DNA of 58,145 nt from assembly GCA_021298835.1 (NCBI GenBank), contig JAJTHG010000029.1, positions 1 through 58,145 of the forward strand, written 5' to 3'. Origin of the DNA: Gemmatimonadota bacterium (GTDB lineage Bacteria > Gemmatimonadota > Gemmatimonadetes > Gemmatimonadales > Gemmatimonadaceae). The notes under the pieces were generated by a model. That model searched no databases. It was not told where the DNA came from and worked only from the letters and a program-made list of their open reading frames with translations. How positions within the stretch are numbered: the stretch's first letter is position 1; each line of letters starts with the position of its first letter. Shown here in pieces: positions 8,185 to 22,200 of this stretch. The position numbers and the translations under genes are program-made.

Positions 8185-10202
8185 GGCCGTCGCTCCGCGC
8201 GGGCCCAGGGGCTCGGATCGCTCTCATGCCCGGCGACATCGACCGCCCGCACCACGTAGAAGCTGGCCGCGGTACCGGCCGGATCGACGAACTGCAGCGC
8301 CGTCACCGGAGCCCGGGTGATGCGCCCGTAGCCGCCCGCCGCGGCGGTGGAGCGATAGACGTGGTATCCGGCGAGTCGCGGGTGCACGACGCGTTCCCAT
8401 TCGACGCGGACGCCGCCGGGCTGCAGCGTCGCGGCCGCGAACCGGGGGGGCGACGGGGGCACGTTGTCCACGAGCGACACCGAGTCCCGGATCGGCGCGC
8501 TGCGGTTGCCGGCGCTGTCGATCGCGGTGACGCGATAGACGGCCCGATCGCCGATGCGAAGACCGGAATCGCGAGCGACGAGCGGGGCCCCGACCGGCAG
8601 GCGCCCCAGCGGCACGGAGACCGAGCCCTGCGGGCCGCGCTCGCGCGCGAGTTCGTAGGCTGCGACGTCGAGCGACGCACTGGCGGTGACGCGCAACTCG
8701 ACGGAGCCGTCGGGGCGGACGGTAGCCACGAGCGGACCCGGAGGAGCGGGCGGTTCGTCGTCGGGGACCTGGACGGTGTCCCCGGGACTCTTCGATTGGT
8801 TGTAGAAGCGGTCGAGGGCGACGACCCGGTACACGAGCCGGCGTCCGGGGACGACCGCGCTCGACGAGTCGATGAACAGGCCGCCGCGAATCGCCACCGC
8901 AGTGATCTGTTGGTCGGGCTGCCCGACGGGCCCACGGTAGATGTAAGCGCCGCGATCGCCGGGCGTGGTCGACGGCGTCCAGCGCACGGTGACGCGACGC
9001 CGTGCGGCGGTGACCGTCACGCCGGTGGGAGGCGGTGGGGGCTCGGCGTCATACGGCGTGGCCGAGATGCCGGAGGTGAAGGGCCCCAGGTTGCCGGCCG
9101 AGTCCACCGCCGCCACCCGGTAGAAGTAGACGTCGCCCGCCCGTGCGACCGTGTCCGTGAACTCGGGGACGTCGCGGGGGATCGTGCCCCGGGTGAGGCG
9201 CGTCCAGACGCGCGTCCCGCCGACCGATCGCTCGACGACGTAGCCCGCGACGTCCGGGGTCGGGGCCGCCGCCCAGACGACGCGCACGCGCTCCTGTCCG
9301 GGCTGCGTGACGACCTCGCGCGGGACGGGCGGCGGTTCCCGGTCGCCGAACGCGACGCCGATGCGCGCCGCGCCACCCGGCTCGACACCGGCCCCGTCAA
9401 CGGGGACGACGAGGTAGGTGTAGCGGCTGCCGCCGATCACATCGCGATCGACGAACAGGTACGGCTGCTTCGCCGTGCGGAGGACGGGGAGAATCGTCAG
9501 TGGCGTCCGCGCGCTGTCACCGGAGACCTGCCGCAGCACCCGGAAGCCGAGCACCGCGTCGGCGCCATCGGCGAACTCGGGATAGCGCCACGTGAGCGTC
9601 ACCGCGTCGCGCGACGTGCGCGCCGCGAGCGCGGTGACCGATGGCGTGGGTAGCGGGGCCGCCACGGCCCGACGGAGGAACGGCGAACCGTCCGGCGCGT
9701 CGTCCGGTCCGAGGACCGTCACGCGGTATTCGTAGGCCGCGCCCGGTGCGACGGCGGTATCGACGAGCCGCCGCGCCGTGACCCGCCCGACCGCCGGCAC
9801 CAAGGCACTGAGCAATGTCCCGAGACCGGCGTCAACCTCGAGCCGCCGAATCGCCTCGAGCTCGACGAGGGCCCCCGTCGCCAGCTGCACCGTCTCCATG
9901 CGATCGCCGATGAGGGCGATGGCGTCTGCGGGCTCCCGGACCGCGCGCACGATCCCCGGGTACACCGGCCGCCATTCCCCGGCACCGGTTGCCGGACCGG
10001 CGGGCGAGGCACGTCGCTCGACCCTGAATCCGAAGCGATACGGCAGTCTCCCGGCGACGATCAACACGATCGAATCGCTCGCGGGGATCGCGGACAGGGT
10101 CCGCACCTGCGCCCGCACGGCCGCAGGGAACGCCCCCGCGGTGCCGACCGTCAAAAGGCCGAGCGCGCACGCCGCAGCTGGACGCATCCGTACTCGCGTC
10201 AT
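8181..10202 (-). CDS. Secreted fibronectin type III repeat protein (~673 aa).
   Basis: Signal peptide MTRVRMRPAAACALGLLTVGTAGAFPAAVRAQ. Repeated FN3-type segments: PPxPP linkers, then ...VTVRWTPS..., then Y[RV]V.A[VI]D.AGN.S strand-F/G signatures (YRVAAVDSAGNLGP, YRVTAIDSAGNRSAP, YVVRAVDVAGHESDPS). The start ATG overlaps the giant gene stop as ATGA at 10199-10202. Confidence 0.65.
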   Translation of the reverse strand: MTRVRMRPAAACALGLLTVGTAGAFPAAVRAQVRTLSAIPASDSIVLIVAGRLPYRFGFRVERRASPAGPATGAGEWRPVYPGIVRAVREPADAIALIGDRMETVQLATGALVELEAIRRLEVDAGLGTLLSALVPAVGRVTARRLVDTAVAPGAAYEYRVTVLGPDDAPDGSPFLRRAVAAPLPTPSVTALAARTSRDAVTLTWRYPEFADGADAVLGFRVLRQVSGDSARTPLTILPVLRTAKQPYLFVDRDVIGGSRYTYLVVPVDGAGVEPGGAARIGVAFGDREPPPVPREVVTQPGQERVRVVWAAAPTPDVAGYVVERSVGGTRVWTRLTRGTIPRDVPEFTDTVARAGDVYFYRVAAVDSAGNLGPFTSGISATPYDAEPPPPPTGVTVTAARRRVTVRWTPSTTPGDRGAYIYRGPVGQPDQQITAVAIRGGLFIDSSSAVVPGRRLVYRVVALDRFYNQSKSPGDTVQVPDDEPPAPPGPLVATVRPDGSVELRVTASASLDVAAYELARERGPQGSVSVPLGRLPVGAPLVARDSGLRIGDRAVYRVTAIDSAGNRSAPIRDSVSLVDNVPPSPPRFAAATLQPGGVRVEWERVVHPRLAGYHVYRSTAAAGGYGRITRAPVTALQFVDPAGTAASFYVVRAVDVAGHESDPSPWARAERRP

Positions 10203-13200
10203 GGCGGCCAGCCCTGGCGGGTGGACGTGGTCGCGCGGGCGCCGGACGTGGTCATGCCGGCACCGGACGTGGCCGTCGCAGCGGCCCGATCCCTCATGAC
10301 CGCCCCCGTGGTGCCATCGGGCAACTGCATGGAGGGCGGCCCCTGCTCGATCACGATGCCACGGGATGCCCAGTCCGACCACATTCCCGCCCCGTTACGG
10401 CTCCGGATCATCAAGACCGGCGCGGCCTGACTCGCGTCGCCCGTCGGCACGGCCACCGAGAGGGACGTCGCCCCGGGGGTGAGCGTTCCGCCCAGACTCG
10501 GCGCCGGGGTGCCCCACAAGGCCGCGAGGACGTTCCAGTGGAATCGCCACTCGATCTCGAGCAGTCCCGAGTGGGGATCCGCCGGTGCCGCGAAGCTCGC
10601 GTTCAGGCAGCGCGTGCCAGAACTCACCGTGCCGCAGCTCGCGAGCCACGGCAGTCTCGCCGACGCGATGGTCGGGGTCGCAGGCACCGACCCGTCCCAC
10701 AGCATGTCACCGGCCGCGCCGTAAACGGAGGCCTGCCCGGCGCCGTTGACGGCCTGCAGCGCGACGCGATAGCTGTGCCCGTCCGTCAGTCCCACCGGCG
10801 GCAGGTTGACGCTGATGCCCGAGACCAGCGAGGGCCAGTCAACGGCCGCTCCCCCCGGAAGCTCGCGCACCCATGCGTTCGCGGTGACGTCCCAGATGCC
10901 GTACCGGTAGCCGGCGACGCCGGTCTCGTTGTCCCGCGACAGCCGCAGGGGAGAGAGGACGAAGGTCCCGGCGGAGACGAGATCCGCGCAATAGACCGGG
11001 TCGGCCGGCCCGGTCGGATCCGGGAATCGGAAGGGCGTGGAGGCAAGGACGGGCGAGACGTTGCCGGCCACGTCGAGCGCGACGCCGTAGAGTGTCCAGT
11101 CCCGTTCGAAGGCGCGTCGGGCGCGGGCCCAGGTGCCGGGGTCCATCGTGGAAGCGCTCGGGCCATCGAGGGAGCGCAGCGTCTGCCACGTGTCCGCCTG
11201 CCACGTCGCGGAGTCGTACGCCGCCACCGGCAGGGTGTCGAGCCGCCAGGCAAAACGCTGGACCCCCGAGCGGGTATCGGTGGCGGTGGGCACCCTGAAG
11301 GAGACCACGGCCGGCGCGGGTGCCGCGGACCGGAGCGGCATCATCGTCGGCCGCATGCCCAGGCAGGCGTCGCCGAGGCGCGCGGGTGCGGTGGGGGTCC
11401 CCGTCGAGCGCGGGAATCCGGTCACGGTCCCGGGGGTGCCGCCAAGTGTGCCGCCAAGTGTGACGCCAAGTGTGCCGCCAAGTGTGCCGCCAAGTGTGCC
11501 GCCAGAGCCGCTGCCGATGGCGAGCGCGTTCTCGACGAACCTCGCATTGGCCGGCCACGCGGGCCCCGTCGTATCGAGCGCCACGCCGTCGCTCATCGCG
11601 GCGGTGGGGATCCCGCTGCCGTTCTCGACTTCGACCGTCACGTGAATGGGCGGGGCATCCTCGCGCAGGTCGAGACTCGGCAGGCCGATCCACTGGCGGC
11701 CGCCGACCGAGCGCGCGTTCTCGAGGAGCGTGAAGGACGAGGACGACGCGACCGACTTGTCGATGAAGCCGCTCGCACGGAACAGGGTGAGGCGGCTGTC
11801 GCGGATGCCCGACTCGTGATCGCGCGCATCCCAGCGGAGGATGACGTCGCGCGGATCCCGGACCCATGTCACGAACGGCGTCGTCGCCTGCCGTCGCCCG
11901 CCCTCCCAACGCGGGGCGAGCACGAAGGCAGGGGGGGTGACGTCGGCCCCGGCGGTCGTGGTCGTCGGCCTCACCTGCGTCGAGGCGTCCCACCGCACGA
12001 CGGGGAGGGTGACGACCCCGCTCTGCTGTCCGCGATAGCCGGCGCCTCCCCGCGCCGCCACGGTGACCAGCCCGCTCGGCGGCGGCGGATTGCCGACACG
12101 AGCGGCGCGCCAGGTGGTGAAGGTGGCGGTGCGCACGGATCCGGCGGCGACCGACGGCTGCGTCGCAGAACCGGCGGCGGCCCGTTGGTTGGTGACACCG
12201 CCTCGCAAGGTGGTCGGCGCGCCGAGCGACATGAAGCCCGTTGCCGTCCCCGCCACGTTGTCCCGGATCTGGAACTCGTGGATCCCGTCAGGATGCTGGG
12301 CGTTCCAGCGATAGGTGGTCGTCACGAGGTACCCATCGACTGACGTGGTCACCTGGAAGCCCGACACCGTCGGCACGGTGAGCTCGCGGGCGAGCTCCGC
12401 CTTGCGGGTGGTGAACGTCGCGACCTGCGCGGGCGTCAGCGTGCCGTCGGTCAGCAGGATGCGATCGTAGAGATCGTACAAGGCGCCGGCGGCATCGGCC
12501 TGCACCTGGTTGAGCCGGTCGAGGGCCGCCGCCAGCCGCATGGCATTGGCTCTGGCGATGCCGAAGCTCGTCGCCCGGCGGGTCTCGAGCGCCACCAGCA
12601 GACTGTCGGTGGACTTGCGTGCCGATTCGTAGCCCGCCCGGAACGTGCCCCACCAGAGGTCTTCGCCGAGCTGGTTGGCGTACATCGCGTCGGTCGCACC
12701 GGTGGGACGCGCCGCCGGCGGTTTCTGCGTCAGCGCCTGCAGCCGGTCGGTCCGCTGGGTGATGAGACGCGTGACTTCGCCGGCATTCAACGTCGAGGTC
12801 CGGGCGGCGATCGACTGACTGGCCAGCGGGCGGTCGGCGTCCAGCGCGGCGACTTCACCCCGGAACTCGTTGCGACGCCGGGCGAGATGATTGCCGACCT
12901 GTCCCAGGACGCGGTCGATGCGGGTGACGACGGCCGCGTAGGCGGACGCGGTCGCCATGAGCGAGCCGGACGCGGCGCTGCGCGTCGCGCCACGGACCGA
13001 CGCGAGCACCTGCTCCAGCTCGTCGATCCGGAGTCTCGTGCCCGCGGCGACCGCCGCGCCCTGCGCATCGGACGTCGCGGCTGTCGCGGCGTTATTCCGA
13101 ACGGCGTCGGGTCGTGCAGACATGGTCGGGCCACTGACCAACTGGGCGGCCGTTATCGTCTCGTTCAGCGGTCCGAGCCCCGATTCGCCCTTGCTGCCAG

Positions 13201-16200
13201 CGAGCGACGACGGAGGGGCGGACGAGACGACGTCGCTGGTGTCCCCCTGGACGGCGGTCGTGTCGATGGCCGGCACGGTGAAGCTCGGGACGAACGGCGT
13301 CAGCCGGTTCGTCAGCGCCCCTGCCGCGGCGCGCGCCTGTTGCAGTGCCGGGCGGAGGTCGTTCATGGCGACGACGGCGGCCCGGAGACTGTCGCGCACC
13401 AGCCCCTCACCGGTCGTGTCGAGGGCCGCGACGAAGTTCCCCGAGCCCGGGTACGGACCGCCGGGCTCCCCGCACGGGTTCGGCCGCCCCGGCAGTTCCT
13501 CGACGCCGCACAGATAGGTGTACAACGCCAGGATACTGAAGACCGCCCCGGGGGAGGAACTCGCAATCCGCATGATCTGCCGGATGTCCCCGACGCTGGC
13601 CTCGAAGGCCGCCGCGAGTTCAGTGTCGGAGTAGAGCGGCTCCATCTCCGGCACGGCGGCGAGTTCCGCCTCGGTGCTGTTCCGCGCCCGGTCCAGCTCG
13701 TCGGCGATCGCCTCGGTGCGCTTGAGCAAGGCCTCCATCTGCGGGTCCTTGCCGAGCCCGCCCCGTATGCCGTCCGCCGGCGAGAGACTGGCCCAGACGC
13801 CGATCGCCGCGCGCTCCGGCAGGATGATGGGGATCGGGCCCACGAACACCTCGACGGCCGCATACACCTTGAAGACCGGCCGGACGAGGAGGGCACCGGT
13901 CATGTCGATGCCGACGAGCGTCAGCCCGAACGGCTTCAAAGTCACCTTCACGCGCCCGGCGGCGCCAAGCAGGTCCTCGTCCCGCAGCCAGAACGCCCGG
14001 ATGGAGATCGTATCCACCTCCAGGAGCGGGATCGCCATCGCGAGCGGCTTGATCTTGAGGTTGAAGTACATGCCCGCCGGCTGCACCGCGAACCGTGCGC
14101 TGCCGCTGATCAGCCCCGCGACCGTGGCATCAATGCTGCCCACGACGGCCCACCGTCCATCGGCGAAGACGTAGGCGGTCACGCTGCCTTCGAGGACGAC
14201 CGCGGTCTTGCGGCGAATGGCGTCCTTGTCCGCCGCCGTCACGGTCCGGCCGGGATTGGGCACCAGGCCGTCGCAGACCTTCGCTTCGATCTCGCCGAAG
14301 CAGCCCCGCAGGGTCAGCGTCCCGTAGAACTGCATCGGCCTGAACCCGAGGGTCAGCGTCCCGTCCGCCTGCAGGCCGCGATCCTGCGAGAGGAACACGA
14401 AGCGGCCATTGAGGGCGAGACCGGCGTCGGTGACCGTCAGCAGCACGCGCCCCGTGACAGCCGACAGCGGCGTGGGCGGGGCCGCCAGCTTGGCGTAGAG
14501 CATGAGCGCGAACGTCGGGGTCCCCTTCGGGCCGGCGAGCATCGCCATCCCTTCGGCGGGGGTCTGCGGGACCTGCGCCAGGTCCTGCACCGAGGTGATC
14601 CACTCGGTCCGCGGCTTGTAGAAGAACCCGCCGCCGAACTCCAGCAGGGAAGCCACCGGGACCGGCGGCACGAGCGTGACGCCGCCCGCGATGCTGGCGG
14701 CGACGAAGATGCCGGCGCGCAGCGGCTCGGGGCCCGTCGTTCGCGACTCGACGACGCCGAAGAGCTTGACCGAGCCGAGCTTGGAGACCGTGCCGGACAG
14801 CGATGTTTCGAGATCGAAGTCACCCGGCGTCGGGAAGGTGTTGAGGAAGAAGTTCCCCGAGACATCGAGCCCGGCCTCCGGCATCTTGATGGTCGCGCCG
14901 CGCAGGCTCACGACGACCCCGCCGCCGGCCTTGCCGAGCAGCTGGAACTTCTCGATGCCTCCCGAGAACGCGGCCCCTCCTCCCTTGCCGGTGCCGGGCA
15001 GGATGTCCACGCTGGCCGCGAATTCCAGTTGGGTCAGCACGTCGATCTGTTCGCTGGAGTCCGCCGGTGCGTCCTTCGACACCTGCTTGGGGGCCGATGC
15101 CCGGCTGATCGCGGCCTTGAACGGCGTGGTGGACGTCTTCCAGATCGGATCCTTGACGGTCGCCGTGACGACGCTGGCGATGGTGAAGGTCCCGGTCCTG
15201 ATGCCGCCGGGCTTGATGGCCACCGCCCCCGACTTGAGGACCGCAAAGTCCTCGAACACCAGACTGCCGCTGACCGTGGATCCGAGGTTGACGGACAGGT
15301 CGCCGGAGAACCTGACCAGCGTGTCGTTGGCCGACAGGGAGAGGTTCGGCGTGACCGCCGGCGCCGAGACTCCCTTGACCTTCAGCTTCAGCACCTGGAA
15401 GTCGAAGGTGAACTCGCCCGCCGACGACACGCCATCGACGAGCGGCGTGCCGTCGAATCCGAGTCTGAACCCCGACAGCGTGCGGTCGTTCGCCCCGAGC
15501 TCGCCGATGCGTATGCGGGGCGCGGGGTCGCTGGGCGTCCCCTGGCGCGGCGGGCCAAGGTACACGTCGAAGGCGGCGCGGGCCCACGAGTTGGTGCGGA
15601 ACTGCGACGAGAAGTCGAAGCTCACGTCGAGCGCCCGCAGGTGGATCGTGGCCGGCCCGACGGCCCAGCGGCGACCGGGAGTCGGGGCCGCGGTCAACGT
15701 CGGCTCCGGTGCCACGACCGAGACGAGCGCCGATCCCTGGACGGTCCCGTCACGGTTCAGCGTGACCGACGCATCCTGCTCGCCGCGCGAATCCAGCGGG
15801 GCCGGCAGTCGCACGCCGACGGTCACGCTCAGGGCGTTGTTGGCGATGCTCGCGGTCTTGAGCCGCACCTGATTCGCGACGATGTCGATCGGACGGCTGA
15901 GCAGGTTCGCCCCCGCGAGGCCGACGGTGCCGTCGGTCCGCACGGTCAGTCCGTAGAACGTGGACGTGTTGTTCGCCTCGAGGAACGTCACCGTCCCCGC
16001 CAGCTCGACCTCCGCGACCCTCGGCTGCCCCACCCGTCGGAAGGCGACCGCCCGGTAGAGCTGCGGCTGGCCGTTCGTCGTCACCGTCTGGTCCTGCAGG
16101 CGGAACTGCAGGCCGAACAGCGTCACCTGCGGCCCGTTCGCGGCGGACAGCGACATGGTCGGGGCACTGATCCCGTCGCGCGTGGAGAGCACCAGCCCGT

Positions 16201-19200
16201 TCACGGCGACCACGAAGGTGTTCGACGCCGCCGGCACGGTGAGCGTCCCGTCGAGCGTCACCCGGAAGTCGCCTTGCAGCACAGCAGCCGTGACCGTCGT
16301 GAGGTTGAGGAACGCCGGACCGATCGGCAGCCCCTGGCCGCCGGTGGCGGTCTGCGACACGGTCAGGGAGGCACCGGATGGGCCGGCCGTCCCCGTGACG
16401 AACAGCGGGGCGGCGGCCCCCTCGGCGCCCGGGAACAGCGCCGAACGCAAGCGACCCACGAGGCGAATGGTCGGCGGCGTTCCGGCGGAGAATTCGAGCC
16501 GCGCGCCGGTGAGATCGAGCCCCAGCGCTTCCTCGCCGTTCGACTGGAACGAGGCGGTCGTCAGCGCCGGCCGCGACGCGACGAACGCGTTGTCAACGTG
16601 GCCCACCGAGACCGCACCGCTGATGCCCTGCGGACCCAGTGTCAGGTTGTCGAAACGCAGGTTGAGGTTCGAGAGCGGGGCCGGCAGCTTCGCCGCCGCG
16701 CTGATCCCCACGGTCCACTGCCCGGACACCGAGGCGACGCCGATGCTGTCGATGGTGATGGGCAGCCCGAGCTGGTCGAGTCCGGGGATCGCCTGACCGG
16801 CCGCCGCCTTGATGCCCAGCTCGCCGGACACGAACTGCCCCGTCGGCAGGTGCGTCGTCAGCGACCCGCGCACCCGCACGATCCGCGGGGCGTTCGTCAG
16901 CGACACGGGCTGTCCCGGCTCGGGACGGAGCGACGGCAGCACCAGCGGGATGCCCTCCGTGCCGGCCAGCGTGCTGATCGTCAGCCGCTGCGTCGGCACG
17001 TCGTAGCCCGTCGAGACCAACAGGTTGCCGCCCTGCTTCAGCCGGACGTAGGCGACGTCGAAGCCGCCGCCGATCGCGATCGAGTCGGGAATCACGTTCT
17101 GCGCCACCACCAGCACGTCCTGCGGATGCAGCCCCTGAGCATCGAGGGTCGCCACCGTCCGGTTCGACGTGCGGAAGTCCACGGCTCCGGCCGACACCGC
17201 CACGGGCGACCACCCCAGCGTGAAGCCGTCGCGGAAGACCGCATCGGCCTGCAGGAAGGACTGATTGTTGACGACCAGCGCCGCACTCGCGGTGCCCGCC
17301 ACCCCGAGCCCCGCGGCCCCGAACGTCACCGCGCTCGGCAGCACGAGTCGCGCGTACGTCCCGCCCGGTGCCGGTGCACCGGCCGCCTCCGCCCTGAAGC
17401 GCAGCCCCGAATCGCCGACCGTCGCCGTCAGCGCCACGCTGTTGTCGAGTCGCGCGCTGCCGCCGGTGACCACGAGTCCGTCGAAGGCCAGGGCGAGGTC
17501 CGTGAACGTTGCGCGCACCGTCGCACCCGTCGTGCTGGCGAGCGTGCCCTGCCCGCTCAGGACAATGCCGCGTCGGTCGATGCGGCCCTGCGTGAGGTCG
17601 AACGTGAAGACCGGATTCGCTGCCGGAAAGCCGATACGCACCGGCTGGGCGGTGGCGATCGATCCGTCGAGCAGCGCGGGCGAGGCGAGGTCGAAGAGGG
17701 CAGAGCCCGTCAAGCGCGTCGTGCCGGTCCCCGATGGCGCGGGCAGGTCCACCGAGACCGTCCCGTCGAGCCACGCCGCCGGCGTCCGGTCCGTCGTGCG
17801 GCCCGACGGCACCGGGACCCCGATGCCGATCGACACCACGCCCGGTGTCACCGTGACCGCCCCGAACGACAGCGGGCAGCGCGGCGCGACGTTGTCGAAG
17901 CGGCCCGCGAAGGCACCGGCCGTCGAGACGCGCAGGTCAACGCCCACGACCTGGGCCCGCACCCCGCTCGATGCCGAGCACGAGGCGAAGCTCCCGGCCG
18001 CGAGGTCGTCGCGAATGGTGATGCGCCCGTTGACGGCGATCTCCCACGCGCCGGACGCCAGCCGACGCAGTCCGACCGTCGGGTACACCGGCTCGGGGCC
18101 GCCGGCCGTCGTGTCCTTGAACGACAGCTTGCGGCCGAACGCCTCGAACTCGGCCGCCGTCGGCGACGCCACCTGCACCGTCTGGACGCTGATGCCGTCG
18201 GTCGCCACCGCGAAGCCGCCGACGCGCAGCGCGAAGGTGGGACTCAGCGACGGGATGCGCGCCTCGCCGCTCAGCACCAGTGCCGCTCGCTGGGCGTTCG
18301 CCGTGAACGCCAGCGGCGGAGCACCGCCCACCGAGGCGAGTGCCACTTCGAGCGGGCCGGCCCTGATCAGCGGGGCCCCCGGCCCCGTGAGCGCCACAGC
18401 GAGCTGCGCCCCCGCCCGCGACGCGGTCCCGGTGAAGAAGAGCGGCGGCACCGGTGCCGAGGGATCCGCGCTGCGATCGGCGAACGGCGTGGCGAGCAGG
18501 CGGCCGCTCAGGCCCAGGGAACTCTGTGCCCCCGCCAGCGTCAGCCGCGCGCCGGTCAGCGCGATCGCGAGCGTATCCTTGCCGTCGCTCCACAGCGTCG
18601 CCGAGGCGACGGCGGTGCGACCGGCGATGTAGGTCGCGTCCCAGGTCCCCAGCTCGACCGTACCGCGCAGGCCCTGCGGCCCCACCTCGACGTCGCGGAC
18701 CTCGAGCGGCAGCGACGCCAGCGCCGGCGGCAACTCGGCCCGGCCGCCGACCGTGAAGCGATAGCCGGCCGGGCCGGCGGCGAAGCCGAGCTGCCGGACC
18801 TCGAGCGGAACCCCGAGCGACGCCAGCGACACCAGCGCCGGGGCACCGTCGGCGGCCAGCGCCGATACGCCACCCTCGGTGACCTGCCGGGTGGCGACGT
18901 TGACGGTCACGTCGAATGCGACCTGCACCTCGGGCACCGCCCCGCCCGCCGACCGCAGCGCGGGCAGGACGAGCGGCACCCGCTGGCCGGGCCACGTCCG
19001 CAGCAGCATGCTGCTGCCCGAGACACTCACGTCGAACAGGAAATCGCGGCGCGCGTCGGCGCTGCGGATCCGGATGTACGCGGTGTTCGAATCCGGCAGC
19101 TGCAGGACGTCCGGCACGTCGTCGAGCAGGGCGACCACGTTCACCGGCACCAGGCCGGTGCGATCGAGATAGGCGACCCGCGACGAGCGCGCCCACAGCT

Positions 19201-22200
19201 CGGCTCGTCCGCCCTGCACGGCCACGGGCGCGAGGCCCACGGCGAAGTCGGGGGTGAAGCGCACGGTGACGTCGCTCGGCGTGCCGGTGCCCGTGGCCGA
19301 GAAGCGCGCGATCGCCTCACCGGCGAAGTGCACGCCCTCGGCGTCCACCGTGATGGCCCCCGGGACGGCCACCCGCGCGAACGTCGTCGTCGGCAGGGCC
19401 GCGTCCGGCCGCACGACCTCCCACGTGAACGCCCCGGCATCGAGCCGCACCTGCACCGCCGCGCGCCCCTCGACGCGGATGCTCCCCGACGCGATGCGCG
19501 GCTGCGCGAAGGGTACGACCACGTCGGTGAAGGTCGCGGTGACCGGGTCGAGACCGGCCGGCATCGCGAGGCGACCCACGCCGGAGAAGGTCAGCCCCGT
19601 GCGATCGAGCGCGGCTCGCACATCGCGGAAGCGCAGCAGCGGCGACTGCCGCGGCAAGTCGAGGGCCACCTGCGCACCGAGGTCGAGCCGGCCGTCGAGC
19701 ACCACGCCGCGGGACAGGTCGAGCGTCAGCTGTCCGGTCGCGCGGCCCGTCGCCTCGGCGGAGAGCGCACGGAGGTCGAGCGACAGCGCCCCGCGCATCC
19801 AGACCGGCACCGCCGGCCCACCGGCGACCGCCGGCACGCCGAACCCGAGACTGACCGTCCCCGGCGTCAGGACCACCTCGCCGATCGTCACGGGACAGCG
19901 CGGAACGACGTCGTCGAGGCGTCCGCGGATGGTGCCCGCGGTGGAGAGCCGCAGGTCCAGCCGGACGGCCTGCGCGGTGGCCGGCGAACCGGGGCACGAG
20001 GCTAGGGCCCCTGCCGTCACGTCGCCAAGCAGCTGTGCCTGCCCGCCCAGGCGAATCGCCCACGCCCCGTCCGTCTCGCGCTCGAGGCCGATTGCTGCGG
20101 GGTCGGGGGTCACCCGCGCCCCGGCGAGCGTAAGCGCCGGTGGCGTCCCGGCCACGCTCACCTGCGGGGCCACCACGCCGCGCGTCCCGATGCGGAAGCC
20201 CGCGAGGCGGATCGCGAAGTCGGGCCCGATCGCCGGGACGCGCAGCTCGCCGCTCGCGGTGAGCGTGACCGCGTCGGCATCCGCCTCGAGCGCGAGGGCC
20301 GGGCTGTTGCCGACCGCCTGCAGCCGGAACGTCGCCGGCCCGAAGGGCAGCTCGCGCCCCGCGAACTGCGACGGGTCGAGCGTGAACGCCGTCCCTTGGG
20401 CCGTGACGCTTCCCGTGTAGAAGATCGGTCGCGCCACGGGCGCCCCCGCCGCACCGGGCGCGGCGAAGAGCGTCGTGCGCACCACGCCGGAGAGCGACAC
20501 GCCACGCTGCGCGCCACCCAGTTCGAGCCGTGCGCCGGTCAGGTCGAGCGTCAGCTGGTCCGCTCCCTGCAGCAGCGGCACACTCGCCACCACCGGGCGG
20601 CCGGCCACGAACTGCGCGTCGTAGGTGCCGACCTCGACCCGCCCGCGAAGGCCGTCGCGCGTCAGCTCCAGTTGGTCGAACCGCACCGGTAGGTCGCGCA
20701 GCGCCGCCGGCAACTGCGCCCGGCCCCCGACCGTCACGGTGACCGCGCCGCTGGCGGCCGCTACGCCGACGCGGCGCAGCTCGACGGGAATCCCCTGCGA
20801 TGCCAGCGACAGCAGCGCTGGCGAGCCGGCCGGGGCCTCCGCCACCACGCTCCCCGACATCAGGGCCCATGTCTGCGAGTTGAAGTTCGCATCCACCGAC
20901 GCCTCGACCACCGGCGCGACGCCCGTCGGCGACGCCTTGAGCCCCGGCAGCACGAACTGCAGCCCGCGGCCCGCGGCCCGCGTGGTCAGGCGATACGCGT
21001 TCGTCCCGGCGGCGGAGGCGCTGACGACGGCGTTCCCGTCCTGGTCCTTCAGCCGCACGTAGGCGACGTCCCACGACGGCAGCGCGATCGAGTCGGGAAG
21101 CGGCGGGAGCAACGCGAGCACGTCGTCCGGGTGCAGCCCGTCGGCATCGAGCCACGCGACGCGGCGCTGCGTCGCGATGAAGTCGACGCGGCCGGCGGTG
21201 ACGGCGACGGGAGACAGGCCCAGCGTGAAGCCGTCGGCGAACGACGCCGTGGCGGTCGCCAGCGGGCGGTCGGCCACGACCACCGCCGCCGTCGCCGTCC
21301 CGTCGAGCTGGAAGCCGTGGCGGTCGAACCCGGCTGCACCCGGCAGCACGAGCCGCGCATAACTGCCCGTCGGTGCCGGTGCGTCCGGCGACTCCGCCAC
21401 CCACGTGAGCCCGCCCGCCGCGACCGTGGCCCGCAGCGCGACGCGGGAGGTGAAGCGGGCCCGGCCGTCGGTGACCTGCCCGGTCGCGAGGGAGAGCGTG
21501 AGGTTCTCGAGGTTCGCCGTCACCGCCGCTCCCGCCGCCGTGGCGAGCGACGCCTGTCCGCCGAGGACGAGCCCGCGGCGATCGATCGTCGCCTGGGTCA
21601 CGGTGAACTGCAGGGCGGGATTCGTGAACGGCACCCCGATGCGCGCCGGCTGCGCGAGCGCCACGGCGCCGTCGAGCAGGCGCGGCGTGGCGAGATCGAG
21701 CAACACCTGTCCCGAGGCCGTCACCGACTGCCCGGGCTGGGCCCCGGGGAACGACGCCGTCATCGACCCGCGCATCCACGCGGCAGGAGCGGCGGCGACG
21801 CCCGCGTCGGCCGGCAGCGGCACGCCGACCCCGATCGACACGCGTCCCGGCGTGAGGGCGAGCGGCCCGAAGGCGATCGGGCACTGGGGCAGCACGTCGT
21901 CGAAGCGGCCGGTGAAGGTGCCGTCCGTCCCCACGCGCATCGCCACCGTGACGACCTGATTGCGGCCCGGCGCACTGCGGCACGCCCCCGACGACCCGGT
22001 GTAGACGTCGTCCCGCAGCGTGACGCGGCCATTGACGGCGAGCACCCAGGCACCGCCGGGCGTCCGCTCGAGCGCGAGTGCCGGATACACGTTCGACGGC
22101 CCGGTCGAATCCTTGAGCGCCAGCTTCGTCCCCAGCGCCTCCAACTCGGCGTCCTCCGGCCGCTGCACGCGCACGCTGCCCACCGTGACGCCCGACGTCC

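Noticed and set aside
7415-8239. 5' extension of the OMP ORF up to 8239 given by the ORF track.
   Set aside because: The extension overlaps the TPR gene in another frame and translates to Arg/Gly/Pro repeats. The signal-peptide-bearing GTG at 7414 is the sensible start.
12887-20005. A 2,372-aa plus-strand ORF and a 1,558-aa minus-strand ORF (19317..23993) overlapping the giant gene.
   Set aside because: Their translations are Arg/Gly/Asp/Pro-rich low-complexity strings with no domain-like segments. They are alternate-frame shadows of the 6.8k-aa gene, which is expected at ~70% GC.
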